From Anthoceros angustus (Eukaryota; Plantae; Anthocerotophyta), in assembly GCA_010909165.1 (NCBI GenBank), contig VJWM01000254.1, positions 1-64,000 of the forward strand: a DNA stretch of 64,000 bases, given 5' to 3'. The notes beneath the pieces are model-generated. The model saw only the letters and a list, made by a program, of their open reading frames with translations. It did no database searches and had not been told where the DNA came from. This document shows positions 35,192-46,321 of the stretch, one piece after another. The stretch's first letter is position 1, and the number at the start of each line of letters is the position of its first letter. Made by a program: the position numbers and the translations under genes.

Positions 35192-36568
35192 ATGGCATTG
35201 TCAAAGCGATTCTCAGCTTTCATTGCTTTAGTGGCGATTGTGCCTTTCTTGTTCGCTGCAGATGGGCTCTACTCTGCCTTATTTCCCAATGACCGGCCAC
35301 CGTCCGACCCTCCAGATGCTTTTGTGTTTCCACCGTATGCACTGCCAACCAACTCTGGCTACCTTGTTGTGGACGAGCATTCTCGAGCCAGAATGTTTTA
35401 TGCCTTCTATGAGGCCATATCACCCGCGCAAGCTCTGTCTGACACCCCTATCATCCTGTGGTTGCAAGGGGGCCCAGGTTGCTCGAGTATGACAGGGAAT
35501 TTTTATGAGTTCGGCCCTTGGAAGCTGTCTCAAGATCTTGTGCTGTACAAGAATGAAGCTCCTTGGAATTCTCGCTTTGGTGTCCTGTTTATTGACAATC
35601 CGGTGGGATCAGGGTTTAGTATTGCGGAGAAGGATGAAGATATTCCTACTGATCAGGAGCAAGTTGCAACACACTTGTACACTGCCTTGCAATTGTTTTT
35701 CCACTCGCTGCCTTTTTTCCGGTTTCGGCCGTTCTTCATTGCCGGTGAAAGTTATGCAGGGAAGTACGTCCCTGCCCTGGGATACTACATCATGAAAGCT
35801 AAGGAGAATGTGCAGCAGGAGGGGCCTAACCCCCTTCGACTTGATGGCTTATTGATAGGAAATGGTCTTACGGATCCAATTGTCCAAGTGCAGGCACATG
35901 CCGACACAGCTTACAACTTTGGTCTACTAGATCACATCCAGAAAGCTCAAGTGGAGAAGCTGGCCTCAGAAGTCGTGGAGCTAATCGAGCGGGAGGACTG
36001 GGCCAGAGCTTCTTCATCACGGTCAGCTTTGATGGATTACATACAGGAGGAAAGCGGAATTGCCACGGTGTTAGATATCAGGAGGTCTGTACCTTACCAT
36101 TGCGGTCCCGACGGTAAAGATTTCCTTGCTCCTTTCCTGAACCGCCCGGCCGTGAAGGCAGCACTGAGAGCTGAAGAATCTGCTCAGTGGGTTTCATGTA
36201 ACTCGAGGGTTCGCCAGATCCTAGCTCCCGACGTCATGAAGAGCGTAAAGTGGCAGGTGGAGGCGCTGTTGCAGAAGTATCCGATATTGCTCTACCAGGG
36301 CCAATACGACGCAAAGGATGGCGTCGCATGTTCTGAAGAGTGGATGAAAACTATCACTTGGGGTGGTTTGAAGAGTTTCTTCTCGTCTGAAAGAAAGTTG
36401 TGGCGGGTGCAGGGAGCTTTAGCTGGGTATTGGCGGAGCTTCGGAACTCTGACCCACGTTGTCATTTTGGGAGCAGGGCATCAAGTCCCTGCAGACCAAG
36501 GGCTCGCTTCACAACAAATGGTCGAAACGTGGATTGTTCAGCAGCTCGACGGTCCTGGCACAGCGTAA
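35192..36568 (+). CDS. Serine carboxypeptidase-like protein (family S10, SCPL50-like), intronless
   Basis: Signal/anchor peptide, ILWLQGGPGCSS, FIDNPVGSGFS, AGESYAGKYVP (catalytic Ser), GAGHQVP (catalytic His). Confidence 0.96.
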   Translation: MALSKRFSAFIALVAIVPFLFAADGLYSALFPNDRPPSDPPDAFVFPPYALPTNSGYLVVDEHSRARMFYAFYEAISPAQALSDTPIILWLQGGPGCSSMTGNFYEFGPWKLSQDLVLYKNEAPWNSRFGVLFIDNPVGSGFSIAEKDEDIPTDQEQVATHLYTALQLFFHSLPFFRFRPFFIAGESYAGKYVPALGYYIMKAKENVQQEGPNPLRLDGLLIGNGLTDPIVQVQAHADTAYNFGLLDHIQKAQVEKLASEVVELIEREDWARASSSRSALMDYIQEESGIATVLDIRRSVPYHCGPDGKDFLAPFLNRPAVKAALRAEESAQWVSCNSRVRQILAPDVMKSVKWQVEALLQKYPILLYQGQYDAKDGVACSEEWMKTITWGGLKSFFSSERKLWRVQGALAGYWRSFGTLTHVVILGAGHQVPADQGLASQQMVETWIVQQLDGPGTA

Positions 36569-36669
36569 CAGAAGCTCCGCCAGCTTTTGGGGGCATGTCA
36601 TCTGCGTCATCCGTCACGATTCACAAGGAAAAGCAAGTGCACCACGTACATGTATGTATCACCTACATT

Positions 36670-36878
36670 TTGGCTTTCGGCTAATTTATACCTAGATAAA
36701 TGTAGATTTGCCGGTCTCTCTCCGGCGGTTTCGGCTAATTTACACCTAAATAAAATTAGATTTGCCGGTCTCTCTCCGGCGCTTTCGGCTAATGTACACC
36801 TAAATAAAATGAGATTTGCCGACGGTTTCCGCTAATGTACACCTAAATGAAATTAGATTTGCCGGTCTCTCTCCGGCT
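36670..36878. repeat. ~55 bp tandem repeat (about 4 copies) between SCPL and CCZ1
   Basis: TTCGGCTAATTTACACCTAAATAAAATTAGATTTGCCGGTCTCTCTCCGGC-like units. Confidence 0.85.
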
Positions 36879-37180
36879 TATTGGGTTAAAACATGGAATA
36901 CATACTGCACCAACCTGTTCAGCCCTGCTGTAAAGCAGACTTTGTAGGGAGTGATAAGTGTCGGCCATTGCTGTGTAAGGAAGGGTGCGGAGCCAACGGC
37001 GAAGCTGCAGCATGGGTGCCAATTGGCGAGCAGATTGAGCGCTGGTGCCTCATATGTGCGATCACAGGCGGCGCTTGCGGTTCGATTCCCAGGCTCGCGG
37101 CCGAGCGCAAGCAATGTTATAGGAGCCGGATTTGTTGCCTGCAGCGCAGCCTGTGGTGGGAGGCACTCAGATCCGCCGCG

Positions 37181-39597
37181 ATGGGGGCCTGGGCGGACGC
37201 TTTCCAGGTCTGCGTCTTCGATATGCGGCGAGGCCAGCAGGAGGGCCACGAACTGGACAAGATCCTCTTTTTCTCCCCCGCCGACTGGCCGCTTCCCTCG
37301 CAGCTTTCCGTGGTCGGCCTCAGTGAAGGCCTCATCACCTTCACCAGGTAAGCAGTAGCACCTCGCTGCCTCTCCTTGGATCTTGCTCTGCTACTGTAGC
37401 TTGCCGGTCGTGACGGCCTAGCCTTGCCTTGCCTCGCGCAGGATTTTCTCCCCCGACGCCCCTTGCGAGGTCATGGACGCGGAGAGGCATGTCCATGTCT
37501 TCCTTCAATGCGAGCCTCATATCTGGATGGTCATGGTTCGTGTCTGCCTCCCGTTTCCAGCTGTGACCGCTCTCATGCTGCTGCCGTTGTGAGTGCTGTT
37601 TGAAAATTCTGCAGTCGATCTTGCTTTCGGAACCGCAGCACCATTTCTAGCGACCTCGGTGCTCAGAGTGCACGGACCTGTGAACCTGTAGGTGATTGAG
37701 AAGGGAAGGGACACGCATGAGCCTACCAGATACGTTGCGTTAAAAACGGTGTTGGAAGAAGCGCATCATCTTTTCCAATTGTTTTTCGGTCCTCTCAGAG
37801 CGTTGCTGGACAAGCATCCGGCTGGGGATGTCGCTCGCTGCTGTTTACACTCTTTGCTGCCGGACTATTTCTCAGGTAACGCAGCTCCAGCTCAAGTTCA
37901 GTCCTTGCCGTTTGTCACAAACCCCTATCATGCATCAACTTATCCAGGCATTGGTTAGGTGATGTAGAATAATGACCATGGCTGACATGTGTTCAGATTT
38001 TCAGCTTGGAAAAAAACTCCGTCTTCCATCAAGTGCCGACTGTTTAGCTGAGAGAGGCATGGTTGACAGATTTCCATTGCTCCCAGACGCCCTGTTGGAG
38101 TCACAGGTGCCCTCCACATGCTTGCTCTCTCGTTTTGCAGGCTGTGTATGTGTAGCTTTGCCAGATTTTTGACTGTTTTTTTGCGGGGGCTGCAGGCCCT
38201 TGTAGGCATGATGCAATCCTGGGGTGAAGGTGACTCTATTGTGCATGCCCTAATAGTGTCTCACGATCAACTGGTAGCAAGCACTCTCTCCCCTGTAAGT
38301 TTTGCTATCCCTCGCCTTTACTGTACGTGTTTTGTATGCACTCCAGACGTCACTCGAAAGAGCTGCTTAAGCATTCGTTAATCGAGGTGTGCATATCCTA
38401 AAGGCTTACGTAAATCTCGAATCTGTTGGCAATCCAGGGCGACACTTCAGCACTTTTCTCATATGCTAGCCTCCGAATGAGGCCAGCAGCAGTTTATCGT
38501 GCCACTAGCAACATCAAGAACAACACTCTTCCCTCATTGTACAGATCAGCTAGCGTTGCCCAAATGAGGAGCAAGTCCCAAAGCGATTCTTCAGGGGTTC
38601 GCAAGTCAGAAGGCAAGAGTGATGTGTCCCGGAATGCATCCTCTCTTGCGGATCGAAGCAGCATTCCGAAGCCATTTCAGCGTGATGCATGGTGGAAAGG
38701 TTCTGGAGAATTTTTGTGTACGAGTGCATGGGGAGCGGATTCCGTTGGAGAGCAAAATCTTCCTATCATTTGGCTCCAAGAATCTGGTGAAAGGATGCGC
38801 CTATTTGCGCATCAGTACAAGTCACTCACTTTTTTACTGCTTTTACCAGCTGACTCCTCCCTTGATGGCGTCAATTACATGAAGAAACAGTTCGTTGAGC
38901 AGGTAAGCAACATTCGTGCCAGTTCGCATGGAAGATGTGTCAGGCTCTTTGGTTCTGCTTCAGTTTTCGTCACACAGTGGCTGGCTATGTGTTTGTGTAG
39001 GCGTCCCAAAAGATTCATAGATTGGAAGATAGGCTGGCAAAGGAATGGGGTGGCCCCAATGCTTCTCATATTCCCAGTTACCGGTATCTGTATTTCAATG
39101 TGAATCTCAAAGTGGCTCAGTCTTCGCCTGCTGGCAAGGTTACGACTCTGGCAAAGGTAGTTTGTTCATTTCTAGATATTTGAGTTACTGGGTCACTACT
39201 TGCTGTGAAGTAGAGGTCCCTTGGACTGATGGACTTTTGCTAATGGGGTCGCTTGTGGTGCTGTAGGACACATTAACTGCACTCAGTCGCATTCGAGCAG
39301 AAGTTGATACTGAGAAAGCAAGATTGGCAAGAAGGGATCCAGACTGCGAGCTTGAGTTTGAGATTTCGATGAGGACCAGAAACAACGCTTGGGTAGTGGC
39401 AAGGACCAGGAATGGTCATGAACTCTACACCGCCCTTGAGAAAACTGGGGACACACTTCTCTTAGCTTCAGATGCCATGGAGCAACTGAGTGAACGGTAC
39501 CTTATTACTGTATGGGCTTGTTACCTCGTTCCTCAAACGGTGCTGACCATTTTTTCTGTGCTCCAGGTATTTTGACGGGAGGTTTGCTTCAGGATGA
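37181..39597 (+). CDS. CCZ1: Vacuolar fusion protein CCZ1 homolog (Mon1-Ccz1 Rab7 GEF subunit), multi-exon
   Basis: CVFDMRRGQQEGHELDKILFF...QLSVVGLSEGLITFTR; later exons SQSSPAGKVTTL and RTRNNAWVVAR; stop TGA 39595-39597. Confidence 0.92.
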
Positions 39598-40212
39598 TCC
39601 GATGATCCGGCACTTTGACAATCCAGGGTGCCTTGGCTGGAACTCTTATGTTAGAAGTCAGTGTACTTACTAAAGCTCTTGTCGAACAGCACTGCGCGGG
39701 AGCGGGTGTAAGGTCTAACACCAGGTCACGTTCACCACATTTTGCATCTTGCATCTACTTTCATGTTGCGGGCTCTGCGGCTCCACTTACCAACTTGCAA
39801 CGATGTTGCAGGGTTCACGTACTTCGCCGAACTCCTGCAAAATGCATGACGTTGATCCGAAGAGGAGTCCATACATTGATTTGTCTATCACCTCATGTAG
39901 ATATATTTGTGCATAACTTTCCGACTTAATACAAAGGATCTTGGGGCGTCTCGATGCCTGTACTCAACGTTTTAGCCCACTTAGCACGAAAAAAAAATAT
40001 TTCCATGACAGTCTCTTCTTGGTTTCCGACGAAATCAAGGTTCCTTGCAATATCCCGCCAAAATGCACACTTGAACGATGCTTCGGCTAGTGCCGCTGAA
40101 ATTTTATGCTGGAGGTGTGTCATCTTCGTCCGACGCACTAGCCAGATGTCCGGCGAAGCGGCACTCTGTAAGCCATTCGAGCAGCTGAGGACGGAAGGAA
40201 GGAGGTGACAAG

Positions 40213-43200
40213 ATGGAGACCGACGATGACAAATGCAAGCTCCTTCTCGACGAACTCGGGTCTCTTCAGGCAAAGCCGAATCTCCTTACCTCATCAGCTT
40301 GGTGTGCTTTCTCATGTTGAACTACCAAAATTGAGACAGCTCAAGTGGAACAGGCAGGCCAGCCGCTAGCAGTCCAAAGAGAAGCGAAGCTGTTGGAGAG
40401 AGGAAGATCGGGCCTGTTGCCCGATCTTCAACAGCTTCTCACAGGCTTGGGGAGCTGTTTTAACACCTGTCTGTGTTCGCCAGGATTTTGATCAGCGCAT
40501 CGACCGCGTGCGTCTACTGCAGCACCTTTCAGCTGCTAGTGCGGTCGGAAGAATTGAAATCGCCAAGAGCTTGGCAGTATCCTTAACTTTGGGAGCTCTG
40601 CGAGCACCGATTCACTGCCTGGTTTGTTGTCAACTGCCTTCGGCTATCGAGGCTCTCGCTTTGTCTGCTGTTGAGTTCTCTCCTTGACTGCGTCATGGGG
40701 CCTGTGGGAAGAGAGCACCAGCTCCAGCATCAGCACTCTTCAGTGGTGGAACAGCCTCATTCAAGCTGCACGCTGTCAGATATCCCATGTTTCTGGGGGC
40801 GACAGCATTCCGGTTCCACTTCTGGATCTTGCCACTCAGGTGCTCATTCGTCTTTCTATCCAGGAAGAATGGCGATTTTCTGGTGAGCCTGAGTTGCTGC
40901 TCGGGTTGTGGAATACCGCATTTCCCTCTTACCGTATTCCCGTGTTTTGCAGGCCTGTGAATGGGGCGAAAAAACTGTGCAAACTTGGGATCGAGAGGGA
41001 GTTTCTCCGAATCAACAGTGTGATGCTGCCATTGATGTATGGCTCCTCTTCATGGTCACCTATTCTTGGTTGGTCAATTATGTGGCAAAGGATCAATCAG
41101 TCTTGCTTTTGAGGGATAATCTTCTGCAATCACGTTCTGCAGGCGCTCAGGAGCGTTGCTTCGTTGGCTACTTCCGTATTTACCTCTTCAACTCTCCAAA
41201 TAAACTGGGCAGACGACATGGCTGTCCGTTCTGTTGAGGCCTTTATCAAAACATCGTTCACCTACATAGAAATCATGTCCATGAGAAAGGTATCATAAAA
41301 TGGAACCCCAGTTCCCGTGCGCTATTGTAAAGGTTCCATTGTTCCTGAATATTGTAGAGCAGGTGAGTCCGACGTATGACAGTCCTTGTTTCTCTGGACA
41401 GAATTATGTCAAACATCTTGAGGAGGACCTGCGCCCACTTGCCAGTGACTTGATTGATAGTGCCCAGTCTTGGCTGTCAAATATCAAACTAAGTCTCTCA
41501 CCCTTAGGAGCTGCCTTATCTGCAAGCGATGGACATGCCAACACCACGGGGGTGAAAAGGTTGAGCGTCCTGAGGGTGGCAGTGGACAGCATGGTACTGA
41601 CTGCCAATGCCTGTGCTGAAAGCGGGCATCCTCACATTTTGAATGCCCTATGGAAATCTGTGGTGCTTTTGGTTCAGCCACAGGAAGGGATTGATCCCTT
41701 TGGGGAAGTCTTGGACGTAAGTACCATAGTCATGCAGCTTATTCTTCAAGGAGTGCAGAAGCTGAAGGCAGCAGTGAAATCAAGCCTGATACTCATTTCC
41801 AAGCCTCTTAATCTGCCTGATACAGACAGCAAGGAAGCTCGTCTTATACGATTTTTTATCACTCATGCCGTGCGGATTGCTAGATGGTATCCAAAGGAAG
41901 CTGGGAAGGCACACCATACTATTGCTCGCTTTGCAACAAAGCTCTTCTCCATTCTATCAGTGCCAGATGAGTATCTCAATAATACGAAACTTAAACAGAT
42001 ACTCTGTGAAACTGTGTGGCCTGCAACTTGTGCACTTCTGCAATTCCTGCTGAATACAGAAGATGTGGATATTGATCAGAAGTGCCAGTTTCTGCAGTGC
42101 ATCGTGGATGGATATTCACCAACGGAGCCTGAGTGTGACTCTGAGAAAGCGATCACTGTTCTGAATCAGTTGTTTCCTGACGATGACAACAGAATGTCCG
42201 GAGTCCATGGGAGGGTTGGATGCACCGCTCTCTTTCTTAATCTGCTGTCCGTATCACATGGGTACAAAACAGAGGTACTGCTTGAAGTGTGCAGGCACCT
42301 TGACTGGCTTTTGGATACAGTGTCAGAAGAGGGGGCTTATGGTTACATGCTTCAGCGTCAGACTTTTCCAAAGCATGTCAAGGAAACCACCTATGCTTCG
42401 AGTTTACAGCTGACTTTTGTGTGGACACTGCAAGCACTCGAGACATTCATAACAGTGGCTGCATCATCTGGAGCAATGGTTCCTGTTGAGCAGTTCTTTT
42501 TCCGGAATGCCATACACCCAAGTGCACTCTGTGCTGAGCTCATTAGAAACCTCTGGTGCTTTGTTGTGCGAAATGGGGACAAAGCATTAGTATCCGAGCA
42601 TGTCTCGGCATTGTTTAGCATTCTGCAGGCTATGTGTGGTTCCGAAGCTGGCAAAGACTCTGAAATACCGCTGCAGAGGATGGCGAGGTTGATCTGTTCA
42701 CTCTTGGCAATGGCACCGTCATCAGAGGCAGATAGGATTTTCTCGGTAGCTTATCCCAAGAATGCCTTCAAAACACCCTGCTCTGCTAGTTTGGCCCACA
42801 TTCTCTTGCAGGAAGGATGGTCGTTTGGTCTTCTGCCAGAAAGTCGGAGGAAAGGTGCTGTGGTGCAACTGATAGACACTTGCCTGAGTACCTTGAGCGA
42901 TCCTGCTTGGGATGTCGGAGACGAAGGAGCTCATACACGAACCATGCTGCAAATTAAAGCTGCTGCCAGCTTGTTTGATGTTGTGCGTCTATGGTAAGCT
43001 GACATGCACGCCAATTTGCAGTGAGCCATCTACTTGTCATTTTCATTTTGCCTTTCCGCTCATGCCTGACATTTTTTGTTGAATGGTTTGTTCATCTTGC
43101 TTGACGAGCAGCACAGAGATTGGGGAGCAAGTAGATGCCAAAAAGAAAGAAATTGCTGAAGTATGTCTGAAAGTAGTCAAAACGAGCTGTGGACAAGGAG

Positions 43201-44015
43201 GGAATGGATACTGTACGGAAAATATTGCTCTTATAAGCCAGATCCTCAAAATATTCCAGTACGTGCAGCAAGCACTGAGTGTGGGTGAGATCACGGATCT
43301 GCTCAAGTCAGTTGACCAGAGCATTGGCTGTGTTGCTAATCAGGATGTGGGAACCAAGCTGGATCTGATGTTATCTGTTGCTGAATTTTTATCCAGTCTC
43401 TGGGACGTTCCCTTCCCAGAAGATACCGAGGACCCCGCTACGCAGGCATTGTTGAAGCTTTATCATGTAGTTCTTAAGGAGCAGCACTGGGCTCTACTTC
43501 ACTCGGGCCTTGCTTCATTTTCAACATTTGCAGCAAACACACCTATGCCAGAGTTATGGCGCTTTATTCCATCTGATGCATCGCAACCAGATGCTGAGGA
43601 TGTTTTCATGAAGGGTGTACAGACTTTCTTAGAGAAGCAGCTCGGACGACCCCACTTGGATGCAGATTTGGAGGCCAGGGACATCTTGAGGCTGGAGTGC
43701 AAGAGGCAGAGAACGTCTTGTTATACTAGAGCGTATGCATACAAGGGGAGGACTTGCCAGTTGGATGACACCGGTATAGTAGGAATGCAGGGAATGCAGC
43801 TTGACCAGAATGGGTCAAAACCCGACAAGAACGGCGACCTTCCCGGTGAGATATTCAAAGCGCTTGTGATGCTGCAGGAAGGAACAAAGTTACTGGAGAA
43901 AACGCTACCCATGTGGCTCAACACGAAGTCAGTCAGACATTCTGATCAGCACGAATGGTTTGTCTCGCAGCTTGTGGAGGTCCAAAATCGGGTTGGATCA
44001 CTTCCCAGGTTGTAG
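40213..44015 (+). CDS. FLIP: FIDGETIN-like-1 interacting protein (FLIP/FIRRM, DUF4487) homolog, multi-exon
   Basis: FFFRNAIHPSALCAELIRNLWCFVVR and EQHWALLHSGLASFSTFAANTPMPELWRFIPSDA resemble plant FLIP motifs. Start codon (METDDDKCKLLLDEL, followed by a GC donor) is tentative. Confidence 0.78.
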
Positions 44016-44593
44016 TTGTCACAAACACATATATTGTACAGCAATTATTTCAGACGACAAGGCTTCCAGATGCCCTGACGTCTGCGGGTGGAGGTCACGA
44101 AAACCTTTTACCGAAAAGTGTTCAGGTGTGCTAGCATCAATGCAGAGGATCATTTCAACTATGCTAAAAACAATTCAAGTCTAGTAAAAAGAGGCAGCCA
44201 ACTGAAGAGTATAGGTTTTAGCAGTAACTTCCAAGTCACACCTAATAAGTTCATATACACGCACTGCCCCAATCCCATATCCCAACCACTGGCATGAAGA
44301 ATTGACAAGTTGACTACTACACTGGGGAAGGCCTGCCGATTCGGTTCTCTTCACAGTGCACAGAGCCTGCCTCGGACTCAAAATCCGCTCCCAGGAAGCA
44401 CTGTAGCAAGCAGCCATGCGGCAGGAAACCTGAAAAGTCGAATTAGGTTCAACTTGACGCTCAGCCAGAGTAAAGGCAGGATCTGTGAGAGTGATCCATC
44501 AGTGAGTAGCATCAGAAGCCTTCGAATGCCGTTGTGACGATACGAGCTTTTTCCATCCCGAAGAAGTCACTAGCACATCACTGGTAGAAGAGA

Positions 44594-46321
44594 TCACGAA
44601 GTTCTGCTGAAGATGCTGCGCAGCTTGCCACGCTCCAGGCGCTCAAGCAATCGCTTGGCTCCGGCTATGTCTCTCTGAGCAAGCATGCCCAGATGGTAGC
44701 AAGCTCCTGCTGAAACCATCTGCTTCCTGCATCGGCTGTTTTGCACCAGAGTAGAAAGTGCGGAGATGGGGTACTGTTTTGAAATGCTCATGTTACGGGA
44801 ATCCAGCAGAGCCACGAGACCAGATATTCCCTTCTCCTCCTGCAGAAATTCCTTCCGATTGCTGTCCACAAGCAGAAGACTCGCCAATGCCTGCGCTGCA
44901 CACTCCTGAGCAGTGCTGGTCTTAGCGTCCAGCATCTTCACCAGTGCTGGGATGACACCAGCTTCACCCAGAGCTCTCCTGCTTTCCAGCGAAAACGCAA
45001 GGTGGCAGACTGCTGCTGCAGCCGTTTGTTGAGCAGTCAAACCTCCGTGTCGCAAAACCGCTACAAGCCGGGGCAGAAACCCAGCAGTTATCAAGTACTC
45101 CATGTTGGAAGGAGATGCTGCAATGTTTCTCAAAGCACCCATAGCGATCTCCTGTGCCTTGGGAGTTGTGGCGCCATCCAGGTATCTCAACAAAGGCTGA
45201 ATGCCCCCTTCTGCAGCAATGGCTTGCCTCATCTGGTCATCGTTGAGGGCAATATTTTGCAGGGCGGCAGCAGCATGTTCCTGCGCAAGTGGAGTGCCAG
45301 ACTCCACCAAGTTGATGAGGATGGGAATAGCACCTTCTTCCGCAATGCTACTCCGGATCTCCGAAATCCCTGCAAGATTTCTCAAAGAGCCAGCTGCAGC
45401 TGCCTGGGCTCCTGGAGTACCACTCCGGCAGATCTCTATCAGGGCTGGCGCACCACCGTGGGCAGCCACTGCTCGGGCGTTCTCGGCACTAAATGCCAGG
45501 CCTTGCAGAGCAGCGGCAGCCTTCTCTTTAGCAAGAGAACTCCCAGACTCCAGGAGCCTTACAAGGGGAGCAATTGCCCCCTCGGAGACGATTAGATGCT
45601 CACAGCTATCAGCCAGAGCAAGGCTGCAAATGGCTGCAGCAGCTTTCTCCCGGATGGCAGGCAAGCTGGAGTCCAGCAAGTGCACCAGAGCAGGGATGCC
45701 ACCTTGACCTGCAACCACCAAGACGTTCTTATCATCTTCGTCCATAAGCTCCACCAGGCTGTTGAGAGCCTTCTGCTTGGAATCGGTGTTCCCAATTTGC
45801 AGGCGCGCAATGAGGTCGATAATGTTCCACCTCACTGCCTCCCTGCTAGTCCCTGGGGTTGTACGGCACACGGCCAGGGGTGCTTCTCCGAGCACACCAC
45901 TCTTGATAACAAGCTCGCAGTCGTGAATGTGCAAGTCAAGCTTGGTGGCAAGTGAGTCCAAGTCGCTCTGCATCTGCAGCTTGCCTCCATACTTGAGGTC
46001 CGTGCAGCTTTTGGCTAGAACTTTAGCCTGCTCCAGACTACCCACAATGCTCTGAAGGAGCTCACAACACAAGGGATTGTACAGAAAGCAAGGGGACTCA
46101 GCGAGATCAGTGAGGTGGGCAGGAAGCTGCTGCAGCCTGCTCTTGATAATCTTCCACCTGCCCAAAAACGCCTTAACCTTGAAGGATTCGGCGTCGACGA
46201 GCGGGGCAAGCTGCTGAGCCCGGTGAAGCAGACTATCCGCGCTCAAATCCGTGCTGCCACCTTCCGGGCTGTTCTCAAATCTGTGCTGAACATCCCCGCC
46301 TTTAGCCCCGAACACCCCCAT
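44594..46321 (-). CDS. Armadillo-repeat protein (VAC8-like, no U-box)
   Basis: 575 aa ORF with about 8 ARM repeats (EGAIAPLVRLLESG, GGIQPLL, AGVIPALVKML) and the plant N-terminal motif GKLQMQSDLD. Confidence 0.95.
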   Translation of the reverse strand: MGVFGAKGGDVQHRFENSPEGGSTDLSADSLLHRAQQLAPLVDAESFKVKAFLGRWKIIKSRLQQLPAHLTDLAESPCFLYNPLCCELLQSIVGSLEQAKVLAKSCTDLKYGGKLQMQSDLDSLATKLDLHIHDCELVIKSGVLGEAPLAVCRTTPGTSREAVRWNIIDLIARLQIGNTDSKQKALNSLVELMDEDDKNVLVVAGQGGIPALVHLLDSSLPAIREKAAAAICSLALADSCEHLIVSEGAIAPLVRLLESGSSLAKEKAAAALQGLAFSAENARAVAAHGGAPALIEICRSGTPGAQAAAAGSLRNLAGISEIRSSIAEEGAIPILINLVESGTPLAQEHAAAALQNIALNDDQMRQAIAAEGGIQPLLRYLDGATTPKAQEIAMGALRNIAASPSNMEYLITAGFLPRLVAVLRHGGLTAQQTAAAAVCHLAFSLESRRALGEAGVIPALVKMLDAKTSTAQECAAQALASLLLVDSNRKEFLQEEKGISGLVALLDSRNMSISKQYPISALSTLVQNSRCRKQMVSAGACYHLGMLAQRDIAGAKRLLERLERGKLRSIFSRTS